Assembly: GCA_017617445.1 (NCBI GenBank)
Contig: JAFZWE010000012.1
Location: 50,818 to 114,817, forward strand
Length of the DNA stretch: 64,000 bases
Reading direction: 5' to 3'
Source of the DNA: Bacteroidales bacterium
GTDB lineage: Bacteria; Bacteroidota; Bacteroidia; Bacteroidales; WCHB1-69
Shown here: piece by piece, positions 42,149 to 51,517 of the stretch
How the letters are laid out: each line of letters starts with the position of its first letter
How positions within the stretch are numbered: the stretch's first letter is position 1
Position numbers and translations under genes: made by a program
Notes under the pieces: model-generated
What the model was told of the DNA's origin: nothing
The model's input: the letters and a program-made list of their open reading frames with translations, nothing else
Database searches by the model: none

Positions 42149-43180
42149 TTATACTTCCCATGTATCGCCGCTGTTGAGCAGGTCGTCCACACATTTGTAC
42201 TTGCCATTGGCTTTGCACTCGTCCATCTGCTCCTCGTAAAGCTGGGTGTAGGAAATCTTCTTGACATTACGGATAACACCGAGAGCTACCGGCAGATCGC
42301 CGCTCATGCGGGCCAACATCATGTGAATACCGGTATCCTCCGTGGTTTCATCATGCACCATGATATCCTCCAGGGTGACGCCGTTTTCACCGATGGTGAC
42401 TGCTTCCAGGCAACGTCCGTTGAAACGGAGTCCCTTGTTTTTATCTTTGCCGAAAATCATCGGTTTGCCATGTTCCAGCACGATAGTGCGATCATCGCGA
42501 ACAGCGCGGTCAGTGATGGCAGCATGAGCCTTATCATTGAAAATCACGCAGTTCTGCAACACTTCCACCACACTGGTGCCATCATGCATGGCCGAACGGG
42601 TCATCACATCGGTGGTAAGAGCGGGCACACAGTCCAGAGTTCTGGCATAGAATGTACCTTGCGCGCCCATCACAAGTTCTCCCGGATTGAAGGGATAGTC
42701 GATGGTACCAAACGGAGAGGTCTTGGTAATCTGTCCGAACTTGGTGGTCGGTGAGTACTGCCCCTTGGTCAGACCGTAGATCTCGTTGTTGAAAATGGTG
42801 ATGTTCAAATCCTGATTTCTGCGCACTGCATGGATGAGGTGGTTGCCACCGATGGCCATGGAGTCACCGTCGCCCATATTCACCCAAACGCTCAGTGCGG
42901 GATTGGCCAATTTGGCTCCTGTGGCGATGGCGCACGCACGACCGTGAATACTGTGGAAACCGTATGTATCAACATAATACGGAATTCTTGACGAGCAGCC
43001 GATACCGGAAACCATAAGGATGTTTTCCTTCTTGTGCCCTGTCTTGGGAAACGTGTTGAGCATGGCACTCAGGATGGCGTGGTCACCGCAGCCGGGACAC
43101 CATTTCACCATCTGGTCGCTTTGGAAATCATTTTTTGTATAGGGGCATTCCGCCTTGGGAACAAAATGTCTTTCAATCAT
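42149..43180 (-). CDS. korB: 2-oxoglutarate/2-oxoacid:ferredoxin oxidoreductase beta subunit
   Basis: The 343-aa ORF has 'WCPGCGDHAIL' and the TPP-binding 'GDGDSMAIGGNH'. Confidence 0.9.
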   Translation of the reverse strand: MIERHFVPKAECPYTKNDFQSDQMVKWCPGCGDHAILSAMLNTFPKTGHKKENILMVSGIGCSSRIPYYVDTYGFHSIHGRACAIATGAKLANPALSVWVNMGDGDSMAIGGNHLIHAVRRNQDLNITIFNNEIYGLTKGQYSPTTKFGQITKTSPFGTIDYPFNPGELVMGAQGTFYARTLDCVPALTTDVMTRSAMHDGTSVVEVLQNCVIFNDKAHAAITDRAVRDDRTIVLEHGKPMIFGKDKNKGLRFNGRCLEAVTIGENGVTLEDIMVHDETTEDTGIHMMLARMSGDLPVALGVIRNVKKISYTQLYEEQMDECKANGKYKCVDDLLNSGDTWEV

Positions 43181-43183
43181 AGC

Positions 43184-45019
43184 TTACTCTCCTAAAATTT
43201 TAGTGAAACAATCTTTTAACTCGCCCACTTCGAAAGGAAGTCCCATGATTTTGTTGTACTGTTTCATCGGGCATTCGGGGAACTGGGTGCGCAGATAGCC
43301 GGCGAACTGACCGTTGTTGAGCTCGCAGACCACAATTTTCTTGTATTTGCGCAGGATGTCTCCTGTATTTTTCGGCAGAGGACAAATGTAGTTGAAATGG
43401 GTATAGGCCACTTTTTTGCCTTCGTTGTTCATCTCTTCCACGGCGAGGGTGAGGGCTCCGGAGGTTCCGCCCCAGCCCACCACCAGCAGGTCGGCATCGG
43501 GATTACCCGTAACTTCCTGATCAGGAATGTAATTGGCCACACGGTTCACTTTTTCCTGACGGTTCTTGCACATAAGGGCATGGTTTTCAGGATCAGTGCT
43601 CAGCGGTCCGTCGGGGCATTTCTCCAAACCACCCACGCGGTGACGGAGACCTTCCATTCCCGGAAGTGCCCATTCGCGGGCGAAGGTTTCGGGATCGCGG
43701 CGGAACGGACGGTAGTTCGGGTCGTTCGGGGTGGCTAAACGCGGCGTGATGCTCGGAAGATCGGCCACCTTCGGGATGCGGAACAGCTGGGAGCCGTTGC
43801 CCAGATAACCGTCGGTAAGCAGGATGACGGGGGTCATGTGCTCCAACGCAAGTTTGGCGGCATTGTATGCCCAGTAGAAACAGTTGGCGGAGCTGGAAGC
43901 GGCCACCACGATCAGGGGAGCCTCTCCATTACGTCCGTACAATGCCTGGTTCAAGTCGCTCTGTTCGGTCTTGGTCGGCAGACCGGTGGAGGGGCCACCA
44001 CGCTGCACATCAACCACAACCAAAGGAAGTTCCACCATGACAGCCAGACCGAGAGCCTCGCTCTTGAGGGAGAGGCCGGGACCGGAGGTGGAGGTGCAGG
44101 CCAGCGCGCCGGCGTAGGAAGCGCCAATGGCGGAGCAAATGCCCGCAATCTCGTCTTCAGCCTGGAACACTCTGGCACCCAGAGCTTTGTGTTTTGCCAA
44201 TTCCACCATCACATCCGTAGCGGGGGTGATAGGATAGGAACCGAGGAACAGACGGCGGCCCGAACGTTCGGCAGCGGCCAAAAGCCCCCAGGCTGTGGCA
44301 ACATTACCAGTGATGTTGCGGTAACGTCCTTTAGGCATTACAGCAGGAGCTGCCTCAATGATATGGGAATGAATGAGTTCCACCTTATCGGCATACTCAT
44401 AACCTTCAGACAAAACAGCCTTGTTGAGCTTCACCACATCGGGTTTCTTGGCAAACTTGCGCTCCAGATAAGCAAAAGTCTGCTCCAAGGTTTTGTGTGT
44501 CATGTAGAAGATGATACCGAGGGCGAACATGTTGCGGCACTTGTCATACACCTTCTTGTCTGCCCCCTGCTCTTTACCGATTTTCTCGGTGAAAGAGGTG
44601 ATGGGTGCCTTGACGATAGCGTACTCGCGCTCCATTTCATCGGTGAAGGGGTCGGATTCGTAGCCAGCCTTCTTCATGGCCTCTTCGGTGAACGTGTCAA
44701 TGTCAACGATGACAACAGCGCCTTTCTTGGCCCACTTGAGGTTGGATTTGAAGGAGGCGGGGTTCATGGCGACGAGAATGTCGCACTTGTCACCGGAGCT
44801 GTAAATGTGGTTTCCCACGTGCACCTGATATCCGCTCACACCGGCGATGGTGTTGTGCGGGGCACGGATTTCAGCGGGATAGTCGGGGAAGGTGGCGATG
44901 TCATTGCCGGTCAGGGCGGAAGCATCCGAGAACAGGGTTCCCGACAACTGCATACCGTCACCGGAGTCGCCAGCGAAACGGACGACAATGTCGTCTTTTT
45001 TGATGATTTGATCTGCCAT
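43184..45019 (-). CDS. korA: 2-oxoglutarate/2-oxoacid:ferredoxin oxidoreductase alpha subunit
   Basis: The 611-aa ORF has a fused gamma-like N-terminus ('GDSGDGMQLSG') and an alpha domain ('GSYPITPATD'). It lies 3 bp upstream of korB. Confidence 0.9.
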   Translation of the reverse strand: MADQIIKKDDIVVRFAGDSGDGMQLSGTLFSDASALTGNDIATFPDYPAEIRAPHNTIAGVSGYQVHVGNHIYSSGDKCDILVAMNPASFKSNLKWAKKGAVVIVDIDTFTEEAMKKAGYESDPFTDEMEREYAIVKAPITSFTEKIGKEQGADKKVYDKCRNMFALGIIFYMTHKTLEQTFAYLERKFAKKPDVVKLNKAVLSEGYEYADKVELIHSHIIEAAPAVMPKGRYRNITGNVATAWGLLAAAERSGRRLFLGSYPITPATDVMVELAKHKALGARVFQAEDEIAGICSAIGASYAGALACTSTSGPGLSLKSEALGLAVMVELPLVVVDVQRGGPSTGLPTKTEQSDLNQALYGRNGEAPLIVVAASSSANCFYWAYNAAKLALEHMTPVILLTDGYLGNGSQLFRIPKVADLPSITPRLATPNDPNYRPFRRDPETFAREWALPGMEGLRHRVGGLEKCPDGPLSTDPENHALMCKNRQEKVNRVANYIPDQEVTGNPDADLLVVGWGGTSGALTLAVEEMNNEGKKVAYTHFNYICPLPKNTGDILRKYKKIVVCELNNGQFAGYLRTQFPECPMKQYNKIMGLPFEVGELKDCFTKILGE

Positions 45020-45051
45020 TTATTTTGGTTTTATATTTATTCTATAAATAA

Positions 45052-45081
45052 TGTAGAGACGCGATGTATCGCATCTCTACA
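45052..45081 (-). terminator. Hairpin after kbl (GAGACGCGA hairpin family)
   Basis: The stem tgtagagacgcga/tcgcatctctaca is 13 bp with 1 mismatch and loop tgta. Confidence 0.5.
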
Positions 45082-45093
45082 AATATCCGATTA

Positions 45094-46284
45094 TTATTTC
45101 AACACGCCCAATTCCTTGCCAACCTTGGTGAAGGCTGCGATACATTTGTCGAGGTTCTCGCGGCTGTGAGCGGCGGACACCTGAACACGGATACGGGCTT
45201 GGCCTTTCGGCACCACCGGATAATAGAAACCGGTGACGAAGATGCCTTCCTCCTGGAGTTTGGCAGCCATTTCCTGTGACAGTTTGGCGTCATAGAGCAT
45301 GACCGCGCAAATAGCGGACTGCGTGGGTTTGATGTCAAAACCTGCAGCGGTCATCTTCTCCACGAAATAGGCGGTGTTCTCATGCAGCTTGTCCTGAAGT
45401 TCGTTGGTCTCGGACATCATCTCCACCATCTTGCAGCCTGCAGCGGCCACCATGGGAGGGATGGAGTTGGAGAAGAGGTACGGACGGGAACGCTGACGAA
45501 GCATGTCGATGATCTCCTTCTTACCTGTGGTGAAACCGCCGATAGCGCCACCGAAAGCCTTGCCGAGGGTACCGGTGAGGATTTCCACCTGGCCACGCAA
45601 ATTGTAGTGCTCTGTCACACCGCGACCGGTCTTGCCGACCACGCCAGCAGAGTGGGATTCGTCCACCATCACCATGGCGTCGTATTTGTTAGCCAGCTCC
45701 ACGATCTTGTCGAGCGGGGCCACATTGCCGTCCATAGAGAATACACCGTCGGTGACGATGAGGCGGAAACGCTGGGCCTGGGCTTTCTTGAGTTGTTCCT
45801 CAAGGTCGGCCATGTCAGCATTGGCATAGCGGTAACGCACTGCTTTGCAAAGTCTCACACCGTCAATGATGGAGGCGTGGTTCAAAGCGTCGGAAATGAT
45901 GGCATCCTGGTCTGTCAACAGCGGTTCAAACACACCACCATTGGCGTCAAAACAGGCGGCATACAGGATAGTATCTTCTGTGCCGAAAAATTCAGCGATC
46001 TTTTGTTCCAATTGTTTGTGAAGATCGGAGCAGCCGCAGATGAAACGCACGGAGGCCATGCCGTAGCCGTGGGTTTCCAGCGCCTCCTTGGCAGCGGCAA
46101 TCAGTTTGGGGTTGTTTGCCAGGCCAAGGTAGTTGTTCGCGCAGAAGTTCAGCGCCTTCTGACCGTTCTTCAATGTGATTTCCCCTCCTTGCGGAGAAAC
46201 GATGATACGTTCATTCTTGTACAAACCCGCTTCTTGAATGTCTTTCAATTCATTTTGCAGGAAAGCTTGAAATTTTTGATACAT
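45094..46284 (-). CDS. kbl: Glycine C-acetyltransferase (2-amino-3-ketobutyrate CoA ligase)
   Basis: The 396-aa ORF has 'NFCANNYLGL', 'VDESHSAG' and 'TDGVFSMDG'. Confidence 0.9.
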   Translation of the reverse strand: MYQKFQAFLQNELKDIQEAGLYKNERIIVSPQGGEITLKNGQKALNFCANNYLGLANNPKLIAAAKEALETHGYGMASVRFICGCSDLHKQLEQKIAEFFGTEDTILYAACFDANGGVFEPLLTDQDAIISDALNHASIIDGVRLCKAVRYRYANADMADLEEQLKKAQAQRFRLIVTDGVFSMDGNVAPLDKIVELANKYDAMVMVDESHSAGVVGKTGRGVTEHYNLRGQVEILTGTLGKAFGGAIGGFTTGKKEIIDMLRQRSRPYLFSNSIPPMVAAAGCKMVEMMSETNELQDKLHENTAYFVEKMTAAGFDIKPTQSAICAVMLYDAKLSQEMAAKLQEEGIFVTGFYYPVVPKGQARIRVQVSAAHSRENLDKCIAAFTKVGKELGVLK

Positions 46285-46406
46285 AACGCTTGGGTTTAAA
46301 TTTATTATAAAATGATTATCTACCTGTTATTAAATTGTTTTACAATATATTACAAAACAAAAAAAACCATACCCTCCTCTCCTTCCACCATACATTATAA
46401 AGCGTG

Positions 46407-46414
46407 CAAAGGTA
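46407..46414 (-). promoter_or_regulatory. -7 box (TACCTTTG) for kbl
   Basis: The plus strand reads caaaggta, 123 nt upstream of the ATG at 46284. Confidence 0.4.
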
Positions 46415-46502
46415 TGATTTTTTTCCTTAGCCATTTCCATTTTTTTTACATTTTTTACAGGCAAAAACATCAAAAAAAGATGTTTACATGCAGGATTTTA
46501 TA

Positions 46503-46510
46503 TAAATTTG
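46503..46510 (+). promoter_or_regulatory. -7 box (TAAATTTG) for rpe
   Basis: The box reads taaatttg, 44 nt before the ATG at 46554. Confidence 0.5.
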
Positions 46511-46553
46511 CCGATTGTATTTCTTCACTGATTTTTTTTATAAACATTTGAAT

Positions 46554-47234
46554 ATGAATCCTTTAATAGCTCCTTCAATGCTATCAGCAGACTTTGGGAA
46601 TCTTTCCAGAGACATTGAGATGGTCAACCGCTCCCGTGCCGACTGGTTCCATCTGGACATCATGGACGGGGTTTTCGTTCCCAACATCTCTTTCGGGCTG
46701 CCCGTCGTCAAGGCCATTCGCAGTCTGGCCGAAAAGCCCCTGGATGTGCATTTGATGATCACTGGTCCGGAACGCTACGTTTCAGACTTTAAAAAAGCCG
46801 GTGCAGATTGGCTCACAGTGCATTACGAAGCAGTAACGCACCTTCACAGGGTGGTTTGGCAAATCAAAAATGAAGACATGCTGGCCGGGGTGGCTCTAAA
46901 TCCACACACACCCGTCTCTTTGCTGGAAGACATCCTTCCGGATCTTGACATGGTGCTGATCATGTCGGTGAATCCCGGTTTCGGAGGGCAGAAGTTCATC
47001 CAGAACAGCCTCCGCAAAATTTCAAAGTTGAAAGAGATGGTCCTGGGTTGCGGGTCCGACGCATTGATTGAAGTGGATGGTGGGGTGGATGCCCTCACAG
47101 CCCCCGCTCTTGTAGAGGCCGGTGCCGACATACTGGTGTCAGGGAATTACGTGTTCAAGGCCGCTTCACCCGAAGCAGCCATTGAGGGACTGAAAGAGCT
47201 GGGCGATGAGGAGGAAGCAGACGATGAAGCTTGA
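46554..47234 (+). CDS. rpe: Ribulose-phosphate 3-epimerase
   Basis: ORF 46515..47234. The start is at 'MNPLIAPSMLSADF'. It has 'HLDIMDG' and 'MSVNPGFGGQKF', with an acidic tail. Confidence 0.93.
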   Translation: MNPLIAPSMLSADFGNLSRDIEMVNRSRADWFHLDIMDGVFVPNISFGLPVVKAIRSLAEKPLDVHLMITGPERYVSDFKKAGADWLTVHYEAVTHLHRVVWQIKNEDMLAGVALNPHTPVSLLEDILPDLDMVLIMSVNPGFGGQKFIQNSLRKISKLKEMVLGCGSDALIEVDGGVDALTAPALVEAGADILVSGNYVFKAASPEAAIEGLKELGDEEEADDEA

Positions 47235-47326
47235 TTTTTCATTCTATCGGCACATTCTGTCGTCCTTTTTACAATAATATAATATAGGCTTGTACACAAA
47301 TCCAGGAAAATTTCCATAAAAAAGTG

Positions 47327-47334
47327 TAACTTTG
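47327..47334 (+). promoter_or_regulatory. -7 box (TAACTTTG) for deoC
   Basis: The box reads taactttg, 24 nt before the ATG at 47358. Confidence 0.5.
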
Positions 47335-47357
47335 CCGCCCAATTGAAACAAACGATT

Positions 47358-48203
47358 ATGGCTTACATTGAACCCATTGCTTATCCGTATTCAGATGCGG
47401 AAATCCAAACAAGACTGGCTGAATATCAGTCTGCTGAGCTTAAAAATTTCAACCATGCGGATGCCTGCCGCTTCATTTTGAGTGTCATAGACCTGACCAC
47501 ATTGGAGGGCAGTGACAATGCCGCCAAAGTGAAACAACTGTGTGAGAAAGCGTTGAATTTCAAGGATGAAGGTCGCCGCATTCCTCGCACGGCGGCGGTG
47601 TGTGTGTATCCCCCTTTCGCAGCCCAAGCCAAAAGTCTGCTTGCGGGCAGCGATGTGCATGTAGCCTGTGTGGCCGGCGCATTCCCTGCCGGGCAGTCTC
47701 CCATTGAAATCAAGGTTGCCGAAGTGGCATACGCCGTCGCGCAAGGAGCCGATGAAATCGACATGGTCATCTCCCGTGGAAAGTTCCTGGAGGGGGACTA
47801 TCGGACTGTGTACAACGAAATTGCAGCCATCAAAGCGGCGTGCGGCACGGCGCACCTCAAGGTGATTCTTGAAACCGGCGAACTGAAAACTGCAGACAAT
47901 ATCTACAAGGCCTCACAGCTGGCCATTGCCGCCGGTGCCGATTTCATCAAGACATCCACCGGCAAAATCGCAGTCAACGCCACACCCGAGTCGTTCCTTG
48001 TCATGCTGGATGCCATCAAATCCCATTACGAAAAAACCGGCCAAATGGTCGGCATGAAACCTGCCGGCGGAATATCGGATGTGCCCACCGCCATCGCCTT
48101 TTTGAAAATCCTGGAGCAAGTACTTGGAGACAAATGGCTAACTAACAAGTATTTCAGAATCGGCGCCAGTCGTTTGGCCGACAAAATCCACGCAGAAATA
48201 TAA
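47358..48203 (+). CDS. deoC: Deoxyribose-phosphate aldolase (long form)
   Basis: ORF 47343..48203 (TTG in the track); the first ATG is at 47358. It has 'IDLTTLEG' and the Schiff-base motif 'DFIKTSTGK'. Confidence 0.88.
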   Translation: MAYIEPIAYPYSDAEIQTRLAEYQSAELKNFNHADACRFILSVIDLTTLEGSDNAAKVKQLCEKALNFKDEGRRIPRTAAVCVYPPFAAQAKSLLAGSDVHVACVAGAFPAGQSPIEIKVAEVAYAVAQGADEIDMVISRGKFLEGDYRTVYNEIAAIKAACGTAHLKVILETGELKTADNIYKASQLAIAAGADFIKTSTGKIAVNATPESFLVMLDAIKSHYEKTGQMVGMKPAGGISDVPTAIAFLKILEQVLGDKWLTNKYFRIGASRLADKIHAEI

Positions 48204-48250
48204 AATTAAAAAAAAATCGTAAATATAAGATACAGAATAAAATAAAATTG

Positions 48251-48258
48251 TATTTTTG
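48251..48258 (+). promoter_or_regulatory. -7 box (TATTTTTG) for HU
   Basis: The box reads tatttttg, 63 nt before the ATG at 48321. Confidence 0.5.
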
Positions 48259-48320
48259 CACGCCGATTTGAAAGGCAGTTAAATCATTATAAATAGTTGT
48301 TTTAATCTAATTTTTTAATC

Positions 48321-48611
48321 ATGACCAAAGCAGAAATCGTAAACGAAATCGCTAACAAGACCGGCATTGACAAAAATGCGGTTCAAACCGTTGTTGAATC
48401 TTTTATGACTTCCGTGAAGAGTTCTCTCGTAAACGACGAAAACGTGTATTTGAGAGGTTTCGGCAGCTTCATCGTGAAACAGCGCGCCCAGAAAACAGCA
48501 CGCAACATTTCCAAAAAGACCAGCATTACCATTGCAGCTCACAAAATCCCCGCATTCAAACCCTGCAAGACTTTCGTAAATACAGTAAAAGAAAATAACC
48601 TTATTAAGTAA
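48321..48611 (+). CDS. HU family DNA-binding protein
   Basis: The 96-aa ORF has 'MTKAEIVNEIA', 'RGFGSF' and 'IPAFKP'. Confidence 0.92.
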   Translation: MTKAEIVNEIANKTGIDKNAVQTVVESFMTSVKSSLVNDENVYLRGFGSFIVKQRAQKTARNISKKTSITIAAHKIPAFKPCKTFVNTVKENNLIK

Positions 48612-48628
48612 CCTTAAATCTTATTATT

Positions 48629-48718
48629 ATGCCAAGCGGTAAAAAGAGAAAAAGACATAAAATGTCAACGCATAAGCGGAAAAAACGTCTAAGAAAGAAC
48701 AGACATAAGAAGAAATAA
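48629..48718 (+). CDS. 29-aa highly basic peptide, bS22-like small ribosomal protein candidate
   Basis: This was read by hand and is below the ORF-track cutoff: MPSGKKRKRHKMSTHKRKKRLRKNRHKKK*. It resembles mycobacterial bS22 (KKRRKRMSKKKHRKLLRR-type). It sits between HU and rng and is followed by a terminator at 48741..48775. Confidence 0.55.
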   Translation: MPSGKKRKRHKMSTHKRKKRLRKNRHKKK

Positions 48719-48740
48719 ACCCGCTTATGTAAGGAAAAAA

Positions 48741-48775
48741 ACTAAGTCACAATGAACTGTGATTTAGTTTTTTTG
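48741..48775 (+). terminator. Rho-independent terminator after the bS22-like micro-ORF
   Basis: The stem actaagtcaca/tgtgatttagt is 11 bp with one G-U pair and a 6-nt loop, followed by T7. Confidence 0.75.
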
Positions 48776-48800
48776 TTTTAATGCTAATAACACTCATATC

Positions 48801-50432
48801 ATGTCTGAAATAACGAAAGAATTAGTCATCACCTCTCATCCCGATGAAGTACAGATAGCGCTTTTGGAGAACAAGCGCCTGATGGAGATCCATCAGGAGA
48901 AGATCACGGAGCAGTTTTGTGTGGGCAACATCTTTCTTGGGAAAGTACGCAAAATCATGCCGGGGCTGAATGCCGCCTTCATCAATATCGGCAGCGACAA
49001 GGACGCTTTTCTGCATTACCTTGACCTGGGGCCTGACACATTGACCATGTCTGAATTTGTCAAGAGGGTCACCAGTGGACAGAAGCGTTGTTCCCTGGGG
49101 TCGGTGGAGCGCCAGCCACAGGTCAGCCGCAATGGAAAGATTTCCGAAATACTGTCACCCGGACAGCAGATCCTCGTTCAGATTGCCAAGGAAAGCATCT
49201 CCACCAAAGGACCGCGAGTCACCACGGAGATCTCCTTCGCCGGCCGTTACACCGTGATCACCCCATACGGGGAAAAAGTTTTTATCTCGCAGAAAATCAA
49301 AGGGGCAGTTGAACGCAAGCGCCTCCGTCAGGTGGTCAGTGGCATCAAGCCCCGCAACTTCAGCGTCATTGTGCGGACTGTCGCACAAAACAAAACCGCA
49401 GAAGAACTGGAAAAAGACATCAACCAGCAACTGGAACGCTGGAATGCCATGGTACAGAAAGTGGCTGTGTCACAGCCTCCTACCAAAGTAGCCTCCGAAT
49501 TAGACCGCACCTCTTCTCTCATCCGTGACGTACTCAATGACTCTTTCCACGCCATTTACGTGGACAACAAAGAGCTTTTCTCAGAAATCAAGAACTACAT
49601 CAAATCCTTCTCCGACAAACAGGATGGCACCGCCGGGGTGGACATCGTCAAATACTACAAGGAGAACACCCCAATTTTTGAGCATTTCAATGTCGCCAAA
49701 CAGATCAAGGGCTCCTTTGGCAAAATCGTCACCATCAAAAACGGAATTTATCTCGTCATTGAGCAGACCGAGGCCCTCTGTGTGATTGACGTCAACAGCG
49801 GGAATCGGGTAAAATCTTCCAACACACAGGAAGAGAATGCTTTACAGGTCAACATGGCCGCGGCGGAGGAGATCGCCCGCCAAATGAGACTGCGTGATAT
49901 CGGCGGCATCGTCGTCATTGACTTCATTGACATGAACACCGCCGCCAACCGGATGGCACTCTACAAACAGATGTGCGAACTGATGAACGGAGACCGCGCC
50001 CGACACACCATCCTCCAGCTTTCCAAATTCGGCCTGATGCAGATCACCCGCCAACGCGTGCGCCCCGTGACCAACATTGACATATTGGAACAGTGCCCCG
50101 TATGCTACGGAACAGGAAAAATCAAACCCGCCATCCTGATCGAAGAAAACCTGGTGAATATCATTGAATTTCTTTTGCAGAAACAAATTGAAAGCAAAAT
50201 CACCATAGAAGTCCACCCGATTTTATACGCCTATCTTACCAAAGGATTGATCAGCAAACAGATGAAATGGTTTTTCCATTACAAAAAATGGATTCATCTG
50301 AAACAAAATCCAGAGTCTCACTTGCTACAATATAAATTTTTCAACAAAGACAATGAAGAGATTGTCTTGTGGGACAACCAGCCGAAATCCGCTGCCAGCA
50401 GTGACCGCTCCAGCAATAAAAAACAAGCATGA
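48801..50432 (+). CDS. rng: Ribonuclease E/G family endoribonuclease
   Basis: The 543-aa ORF has an S1 domain 'GNIFLGKVRKIMPGLNAAFINIG', the catalytic 'VIDVNSG' and 'GGIVVIDFIDM'. Confidence 0.9.
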   Translation: MSEITKELVITSHPDEVQIALLENKRLMEIHQEKITEQFCVGNIFLGKVRKIMPGLNAAFINIGSDKDAFLHYLDLGPDTLTMSEFVKRVTSGQKRCSLGSVERQPQVSRNGKISEILSPGQQILVQIAKESISTKGPRVTTEISFAGRYTVITPYGEKVFISQKIKGAVERKRLRQVVSGIKPRNFSVIVRTVAQNKTAEELEKDINQQLERWNAMVQKVAVSQPPTKVASELDRTSSLIRDVLNDSFHAIYVDNKELFSEIKNYIKSFSDKQDGTAGVDIVKYYKENTPIFEHFNVAKQIKGSFGKIVTIKNGIYLVIEQTEALCVIDVNSGNRVKSSNTQEENALQVNMAAAEEIARQMRLRDIGGIVVIDFIDMNTAANRMALYKQMCELMNGDRARHTILQLSKFGLMQITRQRVRPVTNIDILEQCPVCYGTGKIKPAILIEENLVNIIEFLLQKQIESKITIEVHPILYAYLTKGLISKQMKWFFHYKKWIHLKQNPESHLLQYKFFNKDNEEIVLWDNQPKSAASSDRSSNKKQA

Positions 50433-51196
50433 AACCTTTGATATTAATTTCCAACGACGACGGCTACGAAGCCAAGGGTTTGCAGTCTCTGGTCAAAGTG
50501 GCCAAAGAGTTCGGCGAAGTGGTGGTGGTGGTGCCAGACGGACCGCGTTCCGCGTGCAGCCATGCCATCACCATGAGCATACCCCTCCGAATCCGAAAAT
50601 ACCGCACCGATGACGACGGCACTGTCTATTATCGCAGCAACGGGATGCCCTCCGACTGCGTGAAATTGGGACTGAAGGTAGTGCTGAAAAACCGCAAGGT
50701 GGACCTGGTGCTCACAGGCATCAACCACGGATTGAATACTTCGGTGAGTGTACTCTACTCCGGCACAATGGGAGCAGCCATGGAAGGCAGCGTTGAGAAT
50801 GTCAAAGCCATTGGCTTCTCCTTGGCAGACTACTCCCCGAATGCGGATTTTTCCACTGCAGAAGTAATTGCCAGAAAAATCATAAAAAAAACACTGGCCA
50901 CGCCATTTCCACCACAGACCGCCCTGAATGTGAACATTCCACAATGTCCGTTGAAGGAAATCAAAGGCATCCGAATCACCCGACAGGCCCTCGGCTACTG
51001 GAACGAGGTTCTGGAGGAACATCAGGATCCGTACGGCGGAACCTACTATTGGCTGACTGGCTGGTTAGAGAATCCTGATACCGGCGAGGACACCTGCGAA
51101 TGGGCTGTACATCATCAATATGTGTCCGTCCAACCCGTTCAACACGACCTGACCGCACATGAACATATTCCCACTTTTAAATTTTTGGAAGAATGA
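50429..51196 (+). CDS. surE: 5'/3'-nucleotidase SurE
   Basis: The 255-aa ORF has 'ILISNDDGYEAKG' and 'GINHGLN'. Its start overlaps the rng stop (ATGA). Confidence 0.92.
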   Translation: MKPLILISNDDGYEAKGLQSLVKVAKEFGEVVVVVPDGPRSACSHAITMSIPLRIRKYRTDDDGTVYYRSNGMPSDCVKLGLKVVLKNRKVDLVLTGINHGLNTSVSVLYSGTMGAAMEGSVENVKAIGFSLADYSPNADFSTAEVIARKIIKKTLATPFPPQTALNVNIPQCPLKEIKGIRITRQALGYWNEVLEEHQDPYGGTYYWLTGWLENPDTGEDTCEWAVHHQYVSVQPVQHDLTAHEHIPTFKFLEE

Positions 51197-51507
51197 GAAA
51201 ACTGATAGAAAAATTACGCCGTGACTCTTGGGGAATGGGGATCTTTCTTGGCATTGCCGCCCCAGCCCTCACTTTTGGACTGCTCTACGGGCTCTTTGCC
51301 GCAGTGCTGGCCATCTTCGGACTGCCTGTCACGGAGACTTTGAACAAGGACCTGATCCTCAAAATCGTCCTGCTGGCCATCGTCCCCAGCGTATTCATCC
51401 TTCGCTATTATCTCATGAAGCTCAAATACGACCTCACCGGACGCGGCATCCTGCTGGTCACTTTCATCATCGCCATCGTTTTCGCCATCTTCCAATTCGC
51501 TGTCTAA
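51193..51507 (+). CDS. Small integral membrane protein, unknown function
   Basis: The 104-aa ORF has three predicted hydrophobic helices. It has an ATGA overlap with surE. Confidence 0.6.
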   Translation: MRKLIEKLRRDSWGMGIFLGIAAPALTFGLLYGLFAAVLAIFGLPVTETLNKDLILKIVLLAIVPSVFILRYYLMKLKYDLTGRGILLVTFIIAIVFAIFQFAV

Positions 51508-51517
51508 TCCAGATGCC

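Noticed and set aside
43838-45169. 443-aa plus-strand ORF
   Set aside because: It is antisense to korA. Its C-terminus ('VETRCIASLQ') is just the translated intergenic hairpin at 45052..45081.
45382-46299. 305-aa plus-strand ORF
   Set aside because: It is antisense to kbl.
46370-46392. Polypyrimidine tract ccataccctcctctccttccacc in the kbl leader region
   Set aside because: It occurs once and has no partner sequence or repeat. I could not attach a function to it.
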